A stretch of DNA of 29,207 nt, taken from positions 1-29,207 of the IMG/VR virus record IMGVR_UViG_3300022178_004108; one strand, given 5' to 3'. The notes beneath the pieces were generated by a model. It was given only the letters and a program-made list of their open reading frames with translations, had not been told where the DNA came from and did no database searches. The number at the start of each line of letters is the position of its first letter. Position 1 is the first letter of the stretch. The position numbers and the translations under genes are program-made. Source of the stretch: a virus (lineage: Duplodnaviria; Caudoviricetes). Below, piece by piece: positions 1-7,745 of this stretch.

Positions 1-66
1 CCCTATGATGTAGCCGTTGTTTCCTTTAATCCCTAAGCCCTGAGGGCCTATTCCTTTTGTTCTCAT
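1..66 (-). CDS. 5' fragment of hypothetical protein (MRTKGIGPQGLGIKGNNGYIIG..., runs off the window)
   Basis: ATG at 66-64 overlaps the amidase TGA stop (ATGA coupling); open for 22 codons to the window edge. Not in the ORF track. Confidence 0.6.
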   Translation of the reverse strand, partial: MRTKGIGPQGLGIKGNNGYIIG

Positions 67-488
67 ACCCACATGTTTGTTATGTTTTCGTATTCAGTTT
101 TTGCGTCAAAGCAAGGACAAGCTTTACTAGCGAATTCATTATGTCCGTGAATTGTAATTTCAGGGTGAGCAATCTTAAAAAATTCTAGCATATCAACTAA
201 GGCTTCTTTCTGCTCTTCAGTTCTTGTATCTTTAGCTTTAAAATTAACTTTATCAATTCCACCAACATAAGCTATTCCAATAGATTCTTTATTATGACCT
301 TTGGTGTGAGCCCCTTGCTTTTCAACAGGTCTACCCGCGTGCACAGAGCCATCTAGATAGATTAGGAAATGATATCCAATATCAGACCAACCTCTATCTA
401 AATGCCATTGTCTAACGTCTTCTACGGTAGTATGCCTACTTTCAGGTGTTGCTGTGCAGTGAACTATTATTTTATTTATTTTCCTCAT
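63..488 (-). CDS. Endolysin, N-acetylmuramoyl-L-alanine amidase (Amidase_2, T7 lysozyme-like)
   Basis: Motifs IIVHCTAT, WSDIGYHF, GAHTKGHN, SIGIAYVGG and HGHNEFASKACPCF give the His/His/Cys zinc ligands and catalytic Tyr typical of the T7 lysozyme family. The start is probably ATG at 488 (MRKINKIIVH) rather than the TTG at 512. Confidence 0.93.
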   Translation of the reverse strand: MRKINKIIVHCTATPESRHTTVEDVRQWHLDRGWSDIGYHFLIYLDGSVHAGRPVEKQGAHTKGHNKESIGIAYVGGIDKVNFKAKDTRTEEQKEALVDMLEFFKIAHPEITIHGHNEFASKACPCFDAKTEYENITNMWV

Positions 489-633
489 CTTTAACTTTTG
501 ACCACTTAGCAATAGTATAGCCTATAGTAACTATTAATAGTATTATTTTTAACCAATCTTCTATTTGAGTAAATGTTGTTACACCTAGTGTACTCCCGTT
601 CATTACATATAACCTAATATCTGGTAAGCTCAT
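472..633 (-). CDS. Putative holin / small membrane protein, 53 aa (MSLPDIRLYVMNGSTLGVTTFTQIEDWLKIILLIVTIGYTIAKWSKVKDEENK)
   Basis: Translated by hand. ATG overlaps the stop of the 2370-aa gene (TAATG at 635-631). It has a hydrophobic segment (WLKIILLIVTIGYTIA) and a charged C-terminal tail, and lies directly upstream of, and overlapping, the endolysin. Confidence 0.7.
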   Translation of the reverse strand: MSLPDIRLYVMNGSTLGVTTFTQIEDWLKIILLIVTIGYTIAKWSKVKDEENK

Positions 634-3600
634 TATTTTTTATTTTTCATTTTTATAAAATCTTCTTTTGTTAGCCTACTTGGTTTATATTTTATTGTAC
701 TTCCAAAAGGGCTTTTCTTTTTGCTTTTGCTGCGTTCGCTGCTTTTACTGCTTTCTACAAGACCTAAATCCCACTGACTATAACCTAATAACAAAGCTAT
801 TGATTGCCAGTATTTAGTGTCGTTGTCAACAGCAACTCTTAAGTTATCAGCCTTTCTTATTGCTCTGTCTAAAGGAACATTAGTTAAAGCAGATACAATT
901 TGGCCACCTGCATAAAAGGCTGGATTGTCTAATCCAAATCCAACCATTTTTTCACGTGTGGTTTTATAGCTAAATGCTCTACCAGCACCCATTAGTTTAC
1001 GCATTTTAGAATCAATAGGAGGAGATATACTTAAAGATCTTTGAGCTGCTACCGTGAAGTCTGGCCTATCTTTTCCTGCTTGAGTTTTAATTTCTATAAT
1101 TATATTTTTAAGAGTAGAAGCAATAGCTCCATAAACCCCAACACCTCTTAATATAGAATCTAGCATAGAGTTAGCTACTCTAGTTTGCTTATTATCTAAA
1201 GCCTCTTCGTCATCGTCAAAAAGACTTGCAAATAAAGCGGCTTGTAAACTTGAAAATATAATATTTTGAACTGCCATATAGTAGGCAATCTTTGTTATAT
1301 TAGTTTTAGCATCACCTCTTCTATTCTTAAGGTCTAAGAAAGCTTTTTTAGTTAAACGCATATATTGCATAGGAGTATTCGCAAAAGCTAATATAATACG
1401 ACCTAACGGACTTGCTTGTTGTTGTGATACTCTATCAGGTCTTGAAGACTGTTGAGTTTCCTCTGCAATCTCTTGGAAATCTAAAAACGCTTGCTCTTCG
1501 GCAGCCTTAGCGTCCATTCCTTCAGAAATATATTTGTTTATTCTGTTTCTAACAAAGCTTGCGCCACCAACAGCAATTGCAAAACTATCAGCTATCTGTG
1601 TAGGCAAGAACCCCATTTTAAGTATGGAAGACAATACAGCTTTTGTTTTATTTGTAGCAGTCTCTGCAGCGTTGGCAATGTCATCAGCATTTACATCATT
1701 CTTTAATCCTGATCGTCTTTGCTTTAAGAAATCAGAGTTAAACAACATTGCGAAGTCACTCCAGAATTGTTTTTGATTTGCAAAAGCTTTTGCTGAGGCC
1801 ATTGGATTATTATCTCCCCAGTTTATAAAGTTAACAATAGACAATGTTTGCAACAATGCTGATCTAGTATTAAAGAACATTATTGTACCAACCGAATCGT
1901 TAACCCAATTCATAAACCTATTTGTTAACTTATTAGCGCCTGAAGGTCTGTTTCTACCAGTCTTCATTCGGTATAACATATCCTCCATTGCCTCTACGTA
2001 GTTATCTCCAAACGCTGCTCTGAGTTTATTAAAGTTTTCTTTAGTAAATATTGCATCAGCATTATTTTGCCATGCTTCTAAAAACCCCGCTCTTTTAACT
2101 GTATTAATCATATTAATAGCGTCGGTAGTAATTGTACCTGCTAGCCAATCATTTTGTGGTTCCGGATATCCTTCTAATACAGAATCCATTTGATCTGCAA
2201 AGTCTAAAAGATCTTGGTTTGCTTGTACTATAGCAATTAATTCTTTTTTATCTGTTTCAGATAAGCCATTAATATCATAACCGTTTTTTGCCCATAAGTA
2301 AACTCTTACGGCAACTTCGTTTGTAAATCCTGTCTCATTAATTTTTTTCAATCCAGAAGGAACGTTTTTAATGTCCTTCTTAAGCTGATTAACAATCCCT
2401 GTTACATTTTGTTTATAGCTTTCAAATTCACGCATAGCTTTAGCAAACGGATCAAACAGAGCTTCTTTAAACCAAGCTTGCTGAGCTTCACCAGTTTTAC
2501 CTTTTCCTGTAAGTTTATATAATAACCCCGCAAAATCATCTGCCGATGGCGGAATAAAGAATTTATATTTACCTTTGTCTTGGCCTCTTACTTTACCTTT
2601 AGCTTCTGAAAAAGTTTTAAAAGACTCAATGCCTGTAACATCTTCTATTATATTATTGAACTCTTTGCTTAAGTTTTTAGAAAATTGAACTTTAGCTTGG
2701 TGTACTTTTGATTTAACATCTGCTTCCTCTAATACTTCTTGTACTGCTTTAACATTTTTATACGCATCATCAGCAAAGTAAAAATCATTATAGCCTTCAG
2801 CTACTTTACCTACAACCCATTGAGCTTTAGCTAAAGCTGTCCCATCACCTAAACCAAATATATTTTCTAATTTAATGTCTAAGCCAATACCTTTTAAAAA
2901 CTCGTGTATAGCATATTTTGAATTCGCTGGTCGAGCAGTTAAAATGTATACGTTGTCATTACCAAATTTTTTATTACGAGCAATAGCCTTTTCAAACATG
3001 GGCCCTTTAGCACCCTCCATAACCTTGCTAAACTCACTAAAATCAAACTCAGCGCCCTGAGCCGCTAGCGTGTCGCTATTTAAAGCAAATTCAGTCGCAT
3101 CTATTTTACCTTTAGTACCATCGGGCATTGTATATAATACATTGCTTTTAGTCGTTGCAAGTGTGTCATCAAAATCCCAGACACTAATGCCTTTAACGGG
3201 TGCATCAGGTCTATTAACCATAGCCTTAGCTTTATTCAATGTTTTACTAAATTGAATAAGCCTATGCTCTCGCATTTCTTGATCCACGGCTTTTTGTTGT
3301 TCTGTATTTAGCTTTAGATAATCATTTTTAAATAATCTATTGCTAACAACATTAACCATGCCAAATGGGTCGGCTTTTGTTTTTGATGCTTGTAATATAG
3401 CCGATATTGAGTTAGTGTCAATTATTGACTTTGTTTTACTTTCAGCTAATTTTTTACTAGACTCTGTTGAGATTTGAGTAAACATTCTTAGCGGAAAAGA
3501 ATGCTTTCCATTCTTTTTTAATACACTTTTATATAGCCAAGATCTTGTGTATAAATCTACCTCAAGCTTAGGTACTGCTAAATTGTTTTTATTTTCACCT

Positions 3601-6600
3601 ACATAAAAAGTACCTATATCAATAAAACCTATATAGTAGGCGTCTTTTTTATTATATATAGCTTCAACTAAGCTCTCATTCAAACCTTTTATTTCAGTAA
3701 CGGTTTCTTTGTACAAACTGTTTGTTAAACCTAATCTATCAATTTGTTCTGACGTTAGTTCTATAGCGCCATTTTTATCCAAATATTTTTCACCTGGATA
3801 AAACTCAGCCATCATTTTTTCAACTTTAGAAACAAAGTTGTTTAAATTTTTGCTTTTCTTTAATTGGTCAAATATAATTTTTTCACTTACAGAGCCTGTA
3901 TATCTGGTAGTTTCATAATTATTAGGGTCAGTATAATTGTATACATTTACACTGGTAATTCTATCAGACCTATTACTTTTTATTTCAAATATTATTGTTT
4001 CTCCCTTGCTTTTTATTATAATATCAGGAGCTGAACTCCCGGATTTACCTGAAGGTCTTTTAGATACCATCTTTACGCCTGGCACTTTTTTAAATGCGTC
4101 CCAAGCTAACTGCTCAGCAACCAATCCTTTTTCAAATGCTTTTGTTTCTCTTAATCTTTGTAAAGAGTCTAAATAAGGGCCAATTATGGTTGATTCTAGT
4201 TTTTCAAATAACTCAGGGCCAAGCTTATATTCAATGTCATTTATTGCTTGCTTTCTATCTTTTACAAGAGGTCTTAATGTTTGCGAAATTACCTGGGCAA
4301 CAAGCTGAGCCATTGTGATATTGCTATCGCTTTCAATGCCTAATCTATTAGCAATTTCTGATCTTTCAATTTTAGTCAAGCTAAACTGAATAATATCAAA
4401 GCTTTTTTGTTCGCCTTTATATCTATCAATTTGAGATTCTAAATTATTAAGCCCCGCTTCTATGGTTATATTGTTAACAACGTCAGTAGACTCTGTCGGC
4501 GCTAATGACTGAATACTTTGTAAATTGGATAAATTTTCAGGGGTTGCATAGTCTGCAACAACTTGTTTAGCCAGTGGTTCAAGTATTTCTCTAAATAATT
4601 GCTTTTGTCTTTCTAATATAGTTGTTTTCTTACCCTCAACAAAATATGTTAAAAAAGCTTTTTTATCAATCTTTTTAATTCTAAAGATTGGGTTGCCTTC
4701 TGCTGTTAATTCTCTACCTATTTTTTCAATTGGGAATAGCTTGCTATAGCTCTTCTTAATGCTTTTAATCGGCAAAGCTTTAGTTATTATATCAAAAGTT
4801 TTTGGATCATTTAGGAAGTCTATATAAGCCCCAGGGATAACGGTTTCGCCGTTTCTTTCACCTATAGCTCCAAGTTTTTTAGATAACTTTTTAAATAACT
4901 GCTTATTTACATAGTCTTCAAGCCATGTAACTAAATAAGTATCTCTACCTTTTTTAACCGAAATTGTTTCTGATAAAGTTCCCTTCTGTACTCTAGTGCG
5001 TATTTCTTTATTAAGATCTTTTTCAATATCAGCAATTAAAGCGTCGTCTACAATATCAAGCTCATCAAATGTTGCTTGACCTCTTTCCGCGGAAGGTTCT
5101 TTAGGCTTTGTGGTTGTGGTGGTTTCTTCTATAATGTCTTTAGCAGTATCAATATCTTTTTTAATACCTCCTTCTTCTATAGATTCTATACCTAAACGTT
5201 TAGCCAAATCATTTGCTCTTAAGTATGCTCTACTTACTGCAAATTTTTCAAGATCTTGTTTTGTTGCATCATATTCATTAAGGATCATTGTTTCGATATC
5301 AGCTCGCATAGATTCTTTGAACTGTTCTCTTGTAACACCCCTTTTAGCGTCGTCTGCTATTTTATCATACAATGCTTTTGTACGATTTGTAACAATCTTT
5401 TCAACCAAAGGTTTTACGCCTTCAATAACTTCTCTTTCTAATCTTACTTGCTTTGCGCCCTTAATAGGTTCTTTACCAAATTTAGCGGCTATCGCAGCGT
5501 TTTCTTTTGCAAGATTTTTAATTTCTGTTATATTATCTGACAATGCAACTTTTGCATCTTCTGATAATGTTTTAGAAGCTTGTAGCTCATCTTGCAATCC
5601 AGCATCACTTAAATCAACATCTTTAAGAGCTCCCGCTGCTTTTGCTGTTAATTTACCTTGCTCTGCACTTTGGTCAAATTCCTTAATAAAATTATATACA
5701 TCTTTACCAGATTCAAAACCTACATTAGTATATCCTACAGGCTTAAAAATACTTACAACCGCATCACCTATTTTTTCAAATGTAGTTTTATCGTAATTAA
5801 TTTGTTTTTTACGTAGCGCATCAGAAAATACATTAACATATTCTGTATTGTATTCTTTCCCAGTATATCCTCTTTTTTTCATTTCAGCGTCAACAAATCT
5901 TCTTTGTGACGAAGTCATAGCTTTTCTAAATTGACGAACCATTTTGCCTTGCTGCTCAGCATTTCCAATAAGCTTGTTAAATACAGGGTGTAAAACTTCA
6001 TGCATCCCGGCGTTAATTGAACCTGTCTTTCTAGCTATATCTTTATCTATAACTATTTTGTTGCCAATAGCAAAAGCAGAAACCTCAGATCCCTTACTTT
6101 TGTTATCAAAGTAAGCTTTCTTATTCTGTTCACTTACTTTATCACTATTCATTAAAGCCTCAACTTCCGCTGTTGTCATAACATCTAAGTCTAAGCCTTT
6201 TTCTTTAGCAATATCTTCGGCAGTTTTTATATTTTGCTCGAGGTTCATATCAATAAGTTGCTGACGCACCCCATCATATTCAGACTTAAAACCTTGATAA
6301 GCTAAATCATACCCTGCTTTATCAATTTTCCCTGCTCTAAGCTTTTTATCTAACTCTATAACTTGAGAAGCAGCTACATCAGCTAAATCTGTTAAATTTT
6401 CTATTTCTTTTAATTGTCCTTCTGAAAGGTTATTGTATATATCTTTACCTTTTCTTACAGAGTCAGCTATTTCGGATATTTTTGTATCTACTAGTTTTTG
6501 TATACCAGCTTTTTCTGTTTTATCAGTCGCTTTATTTAATTTTACCCTTAGCTTGCTTAAATCTTCTAAATTTTTGTCAATTAAATCGCCGTCTACAGTG

Positions 6601-7745
6601 GTTCTTATTGTATTCATAGCTCTATAGCTCGTTCCAACACCAGCCATTCCACTTCCACCTATTAAGCCTTGCAGTCCAGCTTCTAGTCCTTCTTCGCTAA
6701 ATATAGCGTCAAATGTAGCTTGTACAAATTTAGCATCCTCTTCTGTACCTGCAGTTCTACCAAATTCTTCATTTATTTTATCTGTAGCATTCTGCAGTAT
6801 TTCTGTAGCAAATTCAGTCCCCCCTGATGCTAATATATTAGCAACATTTCTAGCTTTTTTATTATATATAAGTTTAGCGCTAACGTTTTTAATTATGCTT
6901 TTACCGGCAGTAGCCTTTAGAACTTGCCCAAACCCAAACCTTTCTAATCCAACACTAACAGCACCTAATCCAACAGGAGCTAAATTGTCTGCTTCGCCTG
7001 ATCTAATAAGTTCATCTAAAGACACACCTAAATTTTTAGCTTTTTGCTCGTTATATGTAATATAGTTTTCAGCAGCTACTTCAGAAAAAACACCTGCACC
7101 AAGACCTGTGCCTAAAAAATATATACCGCTAGAAAAAGCGTTTACTAAAGCTTCAACACTTCCAGCTATAAGCCCGCCTACGTCTCCTTCTTTAGCGCTA
7201 GCTACAAGCCCTTTAGTAGCAAAATTACTTTCGTCTTGTTCTACTTTGTATTTTTCTATAGCTTCTATAGTCGCTTCCGAGCCTAAGCCTTCTGACATAA
7301 AGCCGGGGTTATTTTTTGCATATTGATCAACAGCCTCTTGACTTGATAATAAAGAGTAAAATGAATTTGTAGCTATATCTAAACCAGACCCAGCTCCTTC
7401 TTCACCTCCCCAAAATTCAACAACATCGTAAATACGCTCACCGGCTTTTTTAAATGTATTTTTAATAGATTGCCATGCCGATAAAGGCTCTTCCAATTTG
7501 GATCCCGTATCTTTTTGGCTTGACTCCACAGCTGGATCCGCACTTGCAGAGTCGTTTGTCTTTACTGGTTCTGCAACGAAAAACTGAGTACTAAAATCAC
7601 CGAAAGATTTTGTGTAGTCGCCAGAACTTTTTAATGCTCCATATAATTTTTCTTGCCCTTCTTTAGATCCAAATTGTGTTTGAAACTCTTCAAAAGACTT
7701 AGTATATTTACCTTGCTCAGAAAGCGCGTTGAATAATTTTTCCAT
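633..7745 (-). CDS. Giant multidomain (polyvalent) protein, probably internal virion/ejection protein: HExxH zincin, sigma-region-2-like segment, PD-(D/E)xK nuclease, HAD phosphatase, helical C-terminal domain
   Basis: 2370 aa. Motifs HEVLH (aa 582), PD...EIK (~aa 1240-1256), and DFDDT/ILTAR/FADD. Last of three genes after the tail genes, the position of T7 gp16 or P22 gp16-type ejection proteins. Confidence 0.75.
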   Translation of the reverse strand: MEKLFNALSEQGKYTKSFEEFQTQFGSKEGQEKLYGALKSSGDYTKSFGDFSTQFFVAEPVKTNDSASADPAVESSQKDTGSKLEEPLSAWQSIKNTFKKAGERIYDVVEFWGGEEGAGSGLDIATNSFYSLLSSQEAVDQYAKNNPGFMSEGLGSEATIEAIEKYKVEQDESNFATKGLVASAKEGDVGGLIAGSVEALVNAFSSGIYFLGTGLGAGVFSEVAAENYITYNEQKAKNLGVSLDELIRSGEADNLAPVGLGAVSVGLERFGFGQVLKATAGKSIIKNVSAKLIYNKKARNVANILASGGTEFATEILQNATDKINEEFGRTAGTEEDAKFVQATFDAIFSEEGLEAGLQGLIGGSGMAGVGTSYRAMNTIRTTVDGDLIDKNLEDLSKLRVKLNKATDKTEKAGIQKLVDTKISEIADSVRKGKDIYNNLSEGQLKEIENLTDLADVAASQVIELDKKLRAGKIDKAGYDLAYQGFKSEYDGVRQQLIDMNLEQNIKTAEDIAKEKGLDLDVMTTAEVEALMNSDKVSEQNKKAYFDNKSKGSEVSAFAIGNKIVIDKDIARKTGSINAGMHEVLHPVFNKLIGNAEQQGKMVRQFRKAMTSSQRRFVDAEMKKRGYTGKEYNTEYVNVFSDALRKKQINYDKTTFEKIGDAVVSIFKPVGYTNVGFESGKDVYNFIKEFDQSAEQGKLTAKAAGALKDVDLSDAGLQDELQASKTLSEDAKVALSDNITEIKNLAKENAAIAAKFGKEPIKGAKQVRLEREVIEGVKPLVEKIVTNRTKALYDKIADDAKRGVTREQFKESMRADIETMILNEYDATKQDLEKFAVSRAYLRANDLAKRLGIESIEEGGIKKDIDTAKDIIEETTTTTKPKEPSAERGQATFDELDIVDDALIADIEKDLNKEIRTRVQKGTLSETISVKKGRDTYLVTWLEDYVNKQLFKKLSKKLGAIGERNGETVIPGAYIDFLNDPKTFDIITKALPIKSIKKSYSKLFPIEKIGRELTAEGNPIFRIKKIDKKAFLTYFVEGKKTTILERQKQLFREILEPLAKQVVADYATPENLSNLQSIQSLAPTESTDVVNNITIEAGLNNLESQIDRYKGEQKSFDIIQFSLTKIERSEIANRLGIESDSNITMAQLVAQVISQTLRPLVKDRKQAINDIEYKLGPELFEKLESTIIGPYLDSLQRLRETKAFEKGLVAEQLAWDAFKKVPGVKMVSKRPSGKSGSSAPDIIIKSKGETIIFEIKSNRSDRITSVNVYNYTDPNNYETTRYTGSVSEKIIFDQLKKSKNLNNFVSKVEKMMAEFYPGEKYLDKNGAIELTSEQIDRLGLTNSLYKETVTEIKGLNESLVEAIYNKKDAYYIGFIDIGTFYVGENKNNLAVPKLEVDLYTRSWLYKSVLKKNGKHSFPLRMFTQISTESSKKLAESKTKSIIDTNSISAILQASKTKADPFGMVNVVSNRLFKNDYLKLNTEQQKAVDQEMREHRLIQFSKTLNKAKAMVNRPDAPVKGISVWDFDDTLATTKSNVLYTMPDGTKGKIDATEFALNSDTLAAQGAEFDFSEFSKVMEGAKGPMFEKAIARNKKFGNDNVYILTARPANSKYAIHEFLKGIGLDIKLENIFGLGDGTALAKAQWVVGKVAEGYNDFYFADDAYKNVKAVQEVLEEADVKSKVHQAKVQFSKNLSKEFNNIIEDVTGIESFKTFSEAKGKVRGQDKGKYKFFIPPSADDFAGLLYKLTGKGKTGEAQQAWFKEALFDPFAKAMREFESYKQNVTGIVNQLKKDIKNVPSGLKKINETGFTNEVAVRVYLWAKNGYDINGLSETDKKELIAIVQANQDLLDFADQMDSVLEGYPEPQNDWLAGTITTDAINMINTVKRAGFLEAWQNNADAIFTKENFNKLRAAFGDNYVEAMEDMLYRMKTGRNRPSGANKLTNRFMNWVNDSVGTIMFFNTRSALLQTLSIVNFINWGDNNPMASAKAFANQKQFWSDFAMLFNSDFLKQRRSGLKNDVNADDIANAAETATNKTKAVLSSILKMGFLPTQIADSFAIAVGGASFVRNRINKYISEGMDAKAAEEQAFLDFQEIAEETQQSSRPDRVSQQQASPLGRIILAFANTPMQYMRLTKKAFLDLKNRRGDAKTNITKIAYYMAVQNIIFSSLQAALFASLFDDDEEALDNKQTRVANSMLDSILRGVGVYGAIASTLKNIIIEIKTQAGKDRPDFTVAAQRSLSISPPIDSKMRKLMGAGRAFSYKTTREKMVGFGLDNPAFYAGGQIVSALTNVPLDRAIRKADNLRVAVDNDTKYWQSIALLLGYSQWDLGLVESSKSSERSKSKKKSPFGSTIKYKPSRLTKEDFIKMKNKK

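Noticed and set aside
489-512. Track start extensions for the amidase (512) and for the ORF at 27723 (28085)
   Set aside because: Both extend deep into upstream genes; ATG starts at 488 and 27998 are more plausible.
3162-3176. DFDDT as a crAss-type virion RNA polymerase catalytic motif
   Set aside because: The context (hydrophobic strand-DxDxT, later TAR and DD) fits HAD motifs I-IV, not a DxDxD RNAP loop.
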